Below, piece by piece: positions 56,638 through 64,000 of a DNA stretch of 64,000 nt. This stretch comes from an uncultured Desulfosarcina sp. (GTDB taxonomy: Bacteria; Desulfobacterota; Desulfobacteria; Desulfobacterales; Desulfosarcinaceae), in assembly GCA_963674945.2 (NCBI GenBank), contig CAXXWQ010000004.1, forward strand, positions 2,560,001 through 2,624,000. Direction: 5' to 3'. The translations under genes and the position numbers were made by a program. Under the pieces are notes generated by a model that was not told where the DNA came from, made no database searches, and saw only the letters and a program-made list of their open reading frames with translations. Position 1 is the stretch's first letter. Each line of letters starts with the position of its first letter.

Positions 56638-59382
56638 ATGAAATCCTGGAAAAAGAGATTGTTCATTGGCGCTGCCATAATCCTGGCATTGCTGATCGGC
56701 ATTGCATTGATGAAGCTGATATTCGTTGACTTCGTGGTCGACTACTGGTGGTTTCAATCCCAGGAATTGAGCCTTTTTTTTATCATGCGCCTGGTTTACC
56801 GCTACCTGGTGTTTCTTTTCTTTGCATTTGTCTTTTTCGCCTTTTTTTATGTCAATTTCTGGATTGCCTCCCGATTTGTCGGTTTCGATGATTCGGCGAA
56901 TCGAACGGAAAACAAGGATATCGTCCGACGCCTTCACGGTGCGCTGGGGCGGTTCTATCTTCCCGTTTCCCTGTTGATGGCCCTGCCCATCGCCGTTCCC
57001 ATGTATGCGCATTGGGAGGAGGCGCTGATGTTTCTGTTCGGCGGCAAAAGCGGCGTCACCGATCCGCTGTTGGGCAAGAACATCAGCTTTTACCTCTTTT
57101 CCCTGCCCGTCTACAACTTGCTCCAGAAGGAGATCCTGCTGGTTGCCGTAATCCTGTTTCTCGTGGTGATTTTTCTCTATTGGTACGAGCACCGCCTGTT
57201 GGCCCGAAAAGATGAAGTCCTGCCAAGAGGCGCGCGCATTCACATCAACCTTCTCGCCCTCGTCATTATCGGCATCCTATGCTGGGGATTTGTTCTCGAA
57301 CGATACGGGCTTCTCTATGAAACGACCAACCTTCCGGTCTTCTTCGGCCCCGGCTACGTGGAGATGCGCGTCATCCTCCCGTTTATCTGGTCGACAATCA
57401 TCTTTCTCGGTGCCACCGGCATATCTTTGGTGATTTCGATCAATCGCGGCCGTGGCTGGAAGTTGCCGGCGACGTTCGCGGTCCTGTTCATTCTCAGCAT
57501 CGTCGGAAGAAACGCCGATTTCTTTGCCGACAGTGTTCGCAAGTATGTCGTCGCCCCCAACCAGATCATTCGAGAAAAAACGTACATCGATGCCAATATC
57601 CGCTCGACGCTGGCGGCATTCGACCTGGATGACATTGAAATCCGCGACTACGCCACCCGGGCCCGACCTGATTTCGACGCCCAGGATCCGGACCTGATCC
57701 GTCGCCTGCAAAACATTCCCGTGTGGGACCGGGAAATGCTGGGCAGTGTTTACGAAGAGCTTCAGGGAATTCGAACCTATTACTCCTTTCCCACCATCGA
57801 TGTGGATCGCTATACGGTCGAAGGAAATTATCGCCAGGTCTATCTGGGTGCCAGGGAGGTTCAGTTTTCCAAGCTTCCCCAATCGGCGCAGAACTGGATC
57901 AACCTTCATCTCCAGTACACCCATGGTCAGGGGGTGGTCATGATTCCGGCCGCCCAGGCCGGCGATGCATTCATGACCTGGTTCGTCAAGGATATCCCCC
58001 CCACCTCCGACTACGGGCTTTCCAGCGACCAAACCGCTATCTATTTCGGAATGGAAAACAAACCCTATGTGATCGTGCCCAATGACGCCGGGGAGATCGG
58101 GTCTCCCATGGGGGAAGATGAAGCCATCGTAAATTACGAGGGAACCGGCGGGGTGAGCATCGATTCCCTATGGCGAAAATTGCTTTTTTCCCTCTATTTC
58201 AAGGACCGCAACATTTTTTGGACCACCAAGACCAACGACCAGAGCCGGATTCTGTTTCGCCGCCACGTCATTGACCGGATCACCCACATCACCCCGTTTC
58301 TGAAACTCGATCAGGACCCCTACATCGTCATGACCGAAGGCGGGTTGTTCTGGATCCAGGATGCCTATACCACGGCAGACAACTATCCTCTCGTCATGCC
58401 GCTGGGGGATGGATACAACTATATCCGCAACGCGGTGAAGATCGTCGTCGATGCCTACAACGGAAAGGCTTCCTACTACATTTCCGATTCCGCGGATCCC
58501 ATCATCAGCGCCTATCGCCGCATGTATCCGGGCGTGTTCAAGCCGCTGGATGAGATGCCGGAGAGCCTGCGCAACCACATTCGCTATCCCCAGGACATGT
58601 TTCATACCCAGGTCTCCGTCTATGCCAAATACCATCAGACCGACCCGGAACGGTTCTATCGCCAGGAAGACATCTGGGAGTTTTCCAAGATGCCCCAGGG
58701 ACGGGATCTGGTTCCGGCAAAGCCCTACTATTTGACGCTGGACCTGATCAATTCGGGCGAGGAGGATTTTCTTTTGTTCATGCCCCTTTCGCCCTTCGGC
58801 CGCGACAACCTGCGCGCCTTGATGATCGCAGGCAGTGACGGCAATAACTACGGAAAGATTTTTGCTTATCGATTCTCCCGGGAACAGCAGGTCTATGGAC
58901 CGGCTCAGATCCATTCCCTCGTCAACCAGGACGTGATCATCTCCGAACAATTCACCCTTTGGGACCAGGAGGGCTCCGAGGTGATTTTAGGGAAAATGAT
59001 CATCGAGCCCACAGGCGGGTCCCTGCTTTATATTCAGCCGGTGTACCTGCAGGAGGAGGGGTCGCTGAAAATTCCCCAACTCAAACGTTTGATCATGGCC
59101 CTGGGCGATGCAGTGGTCATGGCACCGAGTTTAGAAGAGGCTGCCGTGAAGCTCGAAGCGGAACTGGCCCGCAAATCCAACCCCAGGGGAGTACAACGTC
59201 GGACGCCATCCGACCTGCCCACGGCACCGATCGACGAATCCGAATCGAAATCAGCGGTGCCGCAAGAAATGAAGCCGGTTACCAACGGAGCCGCGAATCC
59301 ACCCATGTCAAACGGGAATCAAGATGTTACACTGCCGGATCATCCATCCGAAGAAAATGGGGATGTCATGAAGCAGCCTTGA
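56638..59382 (+). CDS. UPF0182 family membrane protein
   Basis: D.WWF, DP..G.NISFY.F.LP, YY.F..IDVDRY, HLQYTHG.G, NYIRN.VK.VVDAYNG, H.RYP. Confidence 0.92.
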   Translation: MKSWKKRLFIGAAIILALLIGIALMKLIFVDFVVDYWWFQSQELSLFFIMRLVYRYLVFLFFAFVFFAFFYVNFWIASRFVGFDDSANRTENKDIVRRLHGALGRFYLPVSLLMALPIAVPMYAHWEEALMFLFGGKSGVTDPLLGKNISFYLFSLPVYNLLQKEILLVAVILFLVVIFLYWYEHRLLARKDEVLPRGARIHINLLALVIIGILCWGFVLERYGLLYETTNLPVFFGPGYVEMRVILPFIWSTIIFLGATGISLVISINRGRGWKLPATFAVLFILSIVGRNADFFADSVRKYVVAPNQIIREKTYIDANIRSTLAAFDLDDIEIRDYATRARPDFDAQDPDLIRRLQNIPVWDREMLGSVYEELQGIRTYYSFPTIDVDRYTVEGNYRQVYLGAREVQFSKLPQSAQNWINLHLQYTHGQGVVMIPAAQAGDAFMTWFVKDIPPTSDYGLSSDQTAIYFGMENKPYVIVPNDAGEIGSPMGEDEAIVNYEGTGGVSIDSLWRKLLFSLYFKDRNIFWTTKTNDQSRILFRRHVIDRITHITPFLKLDQDPYIVMTEGGLFWIQDAYTTADNYPLVMPLGDGYNYIRNAVKIVVDAYNGKASYYISDSADPIISAYRRMYPGVFKPLDEMPESLRNHIRYPQDMFHTQVSVYAKYHQTDPERFYRQEDIWEFSKMPQGRDLVPAKPYYLTLDLINSGEEDFLLFMPLSPFGRDNLRALMIAGSDGNNYGKIFAYRFSREQQVYGPAQIHSLVNQDVIISEQFTLWDQEGSEVILGKMIIEPTGGSLLYIQPVYLQEEGSLKIPQLKRLIMALGDAVVMAPSLEEAAVKLEAELARKSNPRGVQRRTPSDLPTAPIDESESKSAVPQEMKPVTNGAANPPMSNGNQDVTLPDHPSEENGDVMKQP

Positions 59383-59521
59383 ATGCTTGACACCCGACGA
59401 TAAAGGCTCCAAACTGTCAGGTACATACGACGGCCCATGAACAAAGTGTTTGCAGTGATGCACAACACAAAAAAAGGCGGTAAAAGCGCCTTCGATGGCG
59501 CTGCAGAACGGGAGGTACGCC

Positions 59522-60352
59522 ATGATTAAGAGGATCCTGGTCGGATTGGGTGGAACACCGTTTACCAGGGTAAGCTCCCAGTTTGCAACCATGTTGGCGA
59601 CTCTCCATCAGGCCCAGACCACGGGGGTAACCGTTGTGGACCTGGCCAGGCTGGGCAAGCTGGGACCCGTTCCTGCAGGTGGTCATTTCTATGCCCAACG
59701 GATGCGGGAACGCAGACAAAAGGTTACCCGTGAGGGAATCGAAGCCGCAGTAGAGGCCTTCAAGACCAGTTGCAGTTCCCAGAAAGTGGTGTGCCGTCGC
59801 ATCGAATATGAACATCAGGATCCCTTCACGGCCATGATCGCCGAGGCCCGGTACAACGATCTGGTCATATTCGGTTTGCGCAGCATATTCGACTACGGGT
59901 TTGTATCGGACCCGGACAAGGCGATCATCAAGCTGGTTACCCAGGGGGTCAGGCCGATCCTGGCCGTAGCGGAAAACTATCGCCCCGTAAAAAAAGCGTT
60001 GATCGCCTACAGTGGTTCCATGGAGTCGGCCAAAGCGATCCGTCACTTCCTTCATTTAAAGCCCTGGCCCGGTGTCAGACTGCACATCGTCCATTTTAAG
60101 GAGAGTGCCGGCACTGAGCCATTTCTGCTTGAAAATGCCGCCGACTTTTGTCAGGCACACGGTTTCGAGGTGCAATCCGACATTGTGGATGGTCAGGCGC
60201 GCACCGATCTGATGCCCTATGCAAACGAGATCGACGCCGACCTGGTCGTAATGGGCAACAGCGTGCAAAAGACGCTGATCAAGAAATTAATTGGCGATAC
60301 GGTGTTGGAAACCATTAAATCGGCCGATCGTCCCCTTTTCCTGTCTCAATGA
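59522..60352 (+). CDS. Tandem-domain universal stress protein
   Basis: KRILVGL, LIAYSGS.ES..A, DLVVMG…LIGDT…DRPLFL; GGGAGG RBS. Confidence 0.9.
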   Translation: MIKRILVGLGGTPFTRVSSQFATMLATLHQAQTTGVTVVDLARLGKLGPVPAGGHFYAQRMRERRQKVTREGIEAAVEAFKTSCSSQKVVCRRIEYEHQDPFTAMIAEARYNDLVIFGLRSIFDYGFVSDPDKAIIKLVTQGVRPILAVAENYRPVKKALIAYSGSMESAKAIRHFLHLKPWPGVRLHIVHFKESAGTEPFLLENAADFCQAHGFEVQSDIVDGQARTDLMPYANEIDADLVVMGNSVQKTLIKKLIGDTVLETIKSADRPLFLSQ

Positions 60353-60353
60353 C

Positions 60354-62624
60354 ATGGTTTTACCGATGTCGAACCCATCAGACCACCATGACAGATACCG
60401 TCTCGGCCGATTGCCCTGGGCCCTGCTTCCGCTGATTCTGTTTTCCGGACTGTGCATCCTCTGGCCGCGGGTAATCCATGGAGAGGTGTTCGTGGTCAAT
60501 CTTCCCTGGGTGCCCGACCTGGACCTCGCCCTGCAATTCCGACTGGATGGCCTGAATCTGCTGTTCGGCCTGATCATTACCGCAGCCGGATTCTTCGTGA
60601 CCCTCTATTCCGCCGCCTACCTTCCGGAAGACGTCCCGGCCGGACGCTTCTTCGTGATCTTACAGGCGTTCATGGCGGCCATGCTCGGTCTGATAACGGC
60701 CGACAACCTGCTGCTGCTCTTTGTCTTCTGGGAAATGACCACTGTGTTCTCGTTCCTCCTGATCGGCTTTGATCATGAATCGGCCACGGCGCGCGACAAC
60801 GCCCGCCAGGCGCTCTTGGTCACCGGTGGCGGCGGACTGGCATTGTTGCTCGGCATTTTGCTGATGGAAATCGCCGGCACATCCCTTACCCTCAGTGACT
60901 GGTTGACCGCCGGCGACCAGCTCCGGGGACATGACCTGTATGTTCCGATCCTGATCCTGCTGCTGCTGGGGGCGATGACCAAATCCGCCCAGATGCCGTT
61001 CCATTTCTGGTTGCCCAATGCCATGTGCGCGCCGACGCCCATCAGTGCCTTTCTGCACGCCGCCACCATGGTCAAAGCAGGCATTTATCTGCTGATGCGC
61101 CTGCACCCCCTGATGGGCGGGACCCCCTTGTGGATGGGCAGCCTGGTCATCATCGGCGGCGTCACGGCACTGTGGGGGGCGATCCAGGCCCTCACCTTGT
61201 GTGATCTCAAACGGGTCCTGGCCTATACGACGATCATGGCCCTGGGCATGCTGACCATGTTCCTCGGTGGAAACAACACGGCGTCGCTGACCGCCGCCGC
61301 CACGTTCCTGCTGGTCCACGCCCTCTACAAGGCGGCCCTGTTTCTGGCCGTCGGTATCATCGACCACCAGACCGGCACACGGCAGTGCGATCGCCTGGGC
61401 GGGCTCTGGCGGGCCATGCCACTGACCGCCCTTGCCGTGGCCACCGCAACGATGTCCATGGCCGGTTTCCCCTTGTTTTTCGGCTTCATCGGCAAGGAAA
61501 TTATGTACAAGGGCGTTCTGACCGAAGAGGTGTTCCCCCTGTTCGCCGTCACCATCGCTCTTCTGGCCAACGCCTTGATGACCGCCGTGGCCGGCTTTCT
61601 GCTGCTCGGCCCATTCACAGGCAAACGTCCCCTGCAGCTGGCGGCGGTCCGGGAGGCATCATGGCCCATGCTGCTGGGTCCCGGTTTCATGGGCGGGCTA
61701 TGCCTGCTGTTCGGCCTAATTCCCGGGTGGGTCGGCGAAACGATGATCCAGCCGGCGGTGCACGCCTTTCACGCCGGCGGTGAACCGATTGATCTGGCGA
61801 TTTTTCATGGATTCAATACGCCGCTGCTGCTCAGTATCGCCACCCTGACGCTGGGTTCGGGAATTTATTTGATGCGCGGTGTCCTGGGAGGTTGGATCTC
61901 GGCGTTCAGTCAACGACTCCCCATTACGGCCCACGGCGTCTACGAAGCCGGCATCCACGGATTCGCCCATGCGGCGGGTTGGATCATCCGACGAGTCCAG
62001 AACGGCTCATTGCACGCCTATCTGCTGACGATCATGGCGGTGTTCACGATGACGACGATTGGCGTCTGGTTGACAAACGGGGTGGAGATCGGCCATATGG
62101 CGCTACCGCGGCTGCCCCTGGCCCAGTGGGTCCTGGTACTGCTGATGGTTGCCGCCGTATGCGTGGTGGTCACGACCCGTTCACGCGTACTTGCCGTATG
62201 CGCATTGGGAATCGTCGGTTCCGGCGCGGCGTTGGTGTTTTTAATTTACGGTGCTCCAGACCTGGCACTCACCCAACTGCTGGTGGAAACGCTGACCCTG
62301 ATCATCGTGTCCATCATCCTGTTGCGTCTGCCACCGCTTCCCCCACGGGCTGACGGCGGGAGGTACTCCCGGTGGCGAACGGCCCTTTTGGCCGTCGGCG
62401 GCGGTACCGTCGTCGCCGCACTCTCCCTGGCGACGACCCGGGGTGCCATGGACTTGCAGCTGACCGAGTTCTTCGCGCAGCACAGCTACCTGGCGGCCCA
62501 CGGCCGCAATATCGTCAACGTCATCCTGGTCGATTTCCGTGGTCTGGATACCCTTGGGGAAATTACCGTTGTTGCCACGGCGGGCCTGGCCGGTGCGGCA
62601 CTGATCGCCCGGCAGAGGAGGTGA
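60354..62624 (+). CDS. mrpA: Mrp/Mnh Na+/H+ antiporter subunit A
   Basis: FVFWE.T, TKSAQ.PFHFWLP.AM.APTP.SA.LH.ATMVKAG, APDLALTQLLVE, G.NIVNVILVDFRG.DTLGE. Confidence 0.93.
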   Translation: MVLPMSNPSDHHDRYRLGRLPWALLPLILFSGLCILWPRVIHGEVFVVNLPWVPDLDLALQFRLDGLNLLFGLIITAAGFFVTLYSAAYLPEDVPAGRFFVILQAFMAAMLGLITADNLLLLFVFWEMTTVFSFLLIGFDHESATARDNARQALLVTGGGGLALLLGILLMEIAGTSLTLSDWLTAGDQLRGHDLYVPILILLLLGAMTKSAQMPFHFWLPNAMCAPTPISAFLHAATMVKAGIYLLMRLHPLMGGTPLWMGSLVIIGGVTALWGAIQALTLCDLKRVLAYTTIMALGMLTMFLGGNNTASLTAAATFLLVHALYKAALFLAVGIIDHQTGTRQCDRLGGLWRAMPLTALAVATATMSMAGFPLFFGFIGKEIMYKGVLTEEVFPLFAVTIALLANALMTAVAGFLLLGPFTGKRPLQLAAVREASWPMLLGPGFMGGLCLLFGLIPGWVGETMIQPAVHAFHAGGEPIDLAIFHGFNTPLLLSIATLTLGSGIYLMRGVLGGWISAFSQRLPITAHGVYEAGIHGFAHAAGWIIRRVQNGSLHAYLLTIMAVFTMTTIGVWLTNGVEIGHMALPRLPLAQWVLVLLMVAAVCVVVTTRSRVLAVCALGIVGSGAALVFLIYGAPDLALTQLLVETLTLIIVSIILLRLPPLPPRADGGRYSRWRTALLAVGGGTVVAALSLATTRGAMDLQLTEFFAQHSYLAAHGRNIVNVILVDFRGLDTLGEITVVATAGLAGAALIARQRR

Positions 62625-62632
62625 ACGGCACC

Positions 62633-63043
62633 ATGGACTCTCATATTCTGCGGATTGCCACACGCATGCTGGTGGGATTGATCCTGGTATTTTCCATCTA
62701 CCTGCTATTTCGCGGGCACAATGCGCCGGGCGGGGGATTTTCCGCTGCCCTGGTGGCCGGGACGGGCTTCTCGCTGTTTGCCATTACCGAGGGCCCGCGG
62801 GCTGTCCGGCAGTCCCTTCGAATCGATCCCCTCAACTGCACCGCCTGGGGAATGCTGCTGGCCATCGGATCGGGGCTGCCGGCCGTCGTGACCGGCCGCC
62901 CTTTTCTGACGGGACTGTGGTGGCCGGTCGATTCCGTCGGTAATGCAGCCGTCCTGGGAACACCCATGTTGTTCGACACGGGGGTCTTTCTGGTGGTCGT
63001 CGGCGCCATCTTAACCCTGATGCTTCATCTGGAGGAACGCTGA
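62633..63043 (+). CDS. mrpB: Mrp antiporter subunit B
   Basis: RGHNAPGGGF, FDTGVFLVV. Confidence 0.9.
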   Translation: MDSHILRIATRMLVGLILVFSIYLLFRGHNAPGGGFSAALVAGTGFSLFAITEGPRAVRQSLRIDPLNCTAWGMLLAIGSGLPAVVTGRPFLTGLWWPVDSVGNAAVLGTPMLFDTGVFLVVVGAILTLMLHLEER

Positions 63044-63044
63044 C

Positions 63045-63431
63045 ATGGAGACGGTACTGGCCCTGCTCAGTGGTGCACTGGTCGCCGGCAGCTTCTACCT
63101 GATGCTGGGCAGGGACCTGGTACGCTTCATTTTCGGGCTCGTACTGGCCGGCAATGCCGTGAATCTGGTAATTTTCGCGGCCGGACGACCGGATACGGCC
63201 ACGCCCCCCTTGATTCCGGACGATGCCGTGATACCGGCCGCCGCCATGGCCAACAGCCTGCCCCAGGCCCTGATCCTGACGGCCATCGTCATCGGCTTCG
63301 CCCTGCTGGTGTTCGTCTTCATCCTGTTTTTTCGTGCCTATGAAACGCTGGGCACCATCGATACCGAAGCCATGACCGATGCGGAGCGCCTCGACGCCGA
63401 TCCGACAAACCAAGCGGAGCGTACCCCATGA
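63045..63431 (+). CDS. mrpC: Mrp antiporter subunit C
   Basis: NAVNL.IF, LPQALILTAIVIGFA. Confidence 0.92.
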   Translation: METVLALLSGALVAGSFYLMLGRDLVRFIFGLVLAGNAVNLVIFAAGRPDTATPPLIPDDAVIPAAAMANSLPQALILTAIVIGFALLVFVFILFFRAYETLGTIDTEAMTDAERLDADPTNQAERTP

Positions 63432-64000
63432 ACGGTTGGCTGGCAGCCCCCATCATCCTCCCATTTGCGGTCGCCGCCCTTTCACTGCTGATCCGCCGCC
63501 GCCCGCTGCTGCAGAACACGATGGCCATGGTGAGCGCCACCGCGCACCTGACGCTGGGCGCCTGGCTGCTCTACCGGACGCACACCACCGGGATAACTGT
63601 TTTGCATGTGGGCAGCTGGCAGGCACCGTTCGGTATTGCCCTGGTATCCGACCACCTCGGCGCCCTGATGTTGCTGATCACCGGAGTAGTGTACGCCGCC
63701 GTCACCGTCTATTCTCGGGAAGATATCGATGTCGATGCATGCCACCGGGGATATTACCCGCTGCTGCACATTCTGGTGGGTGGCATCAGCGGCGCGTTTC
63801 TGACCGGAGATCTGTTCAACCTCTACGTCTGGTTCGAGGTGATGCTGATGGCTTCCTTCGGCCTCCTGGTGCTCGGCCGGACCCGAGCGCAATTGGACGG
63901 AGGCGTCAAATACGTGGTCATCAACCTGCTTTCCACATTGCTTTTTCTGACCGGCCTGGGATTACTCTATGGCATGACCGGCACACTCAACATGGCCCAT
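63428..64000 (+). CDS. mrpD: Mrp antiporter subunit D, runs off the window
   Basis: ATGA overlap with mrpC; GSWQAPFGI.LV.D, GAFLTGDLFNLYVWFEVML.ASF, GMTGTLNMA. Confidence 0.9.
   Translation, partial: MNGWLAAPIILPFAVAALSLLIRRRPLLQNTMAMVSATAHLTLGAWLLYRTHTTGITVLHVGSWQAPFGIALVSDHLGALMLLITGVVYAAVTVYSREDIDVDACHRGYYPLLHILVGGISGAFLTGDLFNLYVWFEVMLMASFGLLVLGRTRAQLDGGVKYVVINLLSTLLFLTGLGLLYGMTGTLNMAH

Noticed and set aside
1..64000. CRISPR array, tRNA/rRNA, integrase, transposase or prophage
   Set aside because: No regularly spaced repeats, cloverleaf signatures or relevant protein motifs were seen.

Overview
64 kb of gene-dense, moderately GC-rich bacterial chromosome. The gene repertoire (DUF169, DUF362, DUF748, flavoredoxin, a 5-domain S1 paralog, Mrp, UPF0182) suggests an anaerobic Desulfobacterota/deltaproteobacterium, possibly Desulfosarcina-like; this is inference, no marker RNA is present. 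About 52 CDSs, mostly housekeeping or envelope/transport genes (trxB, rpsA-like, purB, recD2, znuABC, amrS, mrpABCD, RND pump). No rRNA, tRNA, CRISPR array, transposase or prophage was seen. Most notable: (1) a CnrYXH-CBA-like locus (zinc-finger anti-sigma, periplasmic helical sensor, ECF sigma, OMF-MFP-RND) with two identically spaced copies of a candidate ECF promoter CGCA(A/G)GT-N13-TCCGTT; (2) a Hanks kinase next to a large protein with a Gly/Ser/Thr-rich linker and a degenerate GGDEF domain that keeps its RxxD site; (3) a catalytically dead 5'-nucleotidase fused to an outer-membrane beta-barrel; (4) an effector-less NB-ARC-TPR (NLR-like) protein; (5) two copies of a ~150-bp MITE/REP-like element; (6) an unannotated 28-aa amphipathic peptide ORF, a structured leader before flavoredoxin, an ankyrin gene with an in-frame TAG, and an apparent stop-loss gene fusion. 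All family assignments were made by eye from motifs; no database searches were run.
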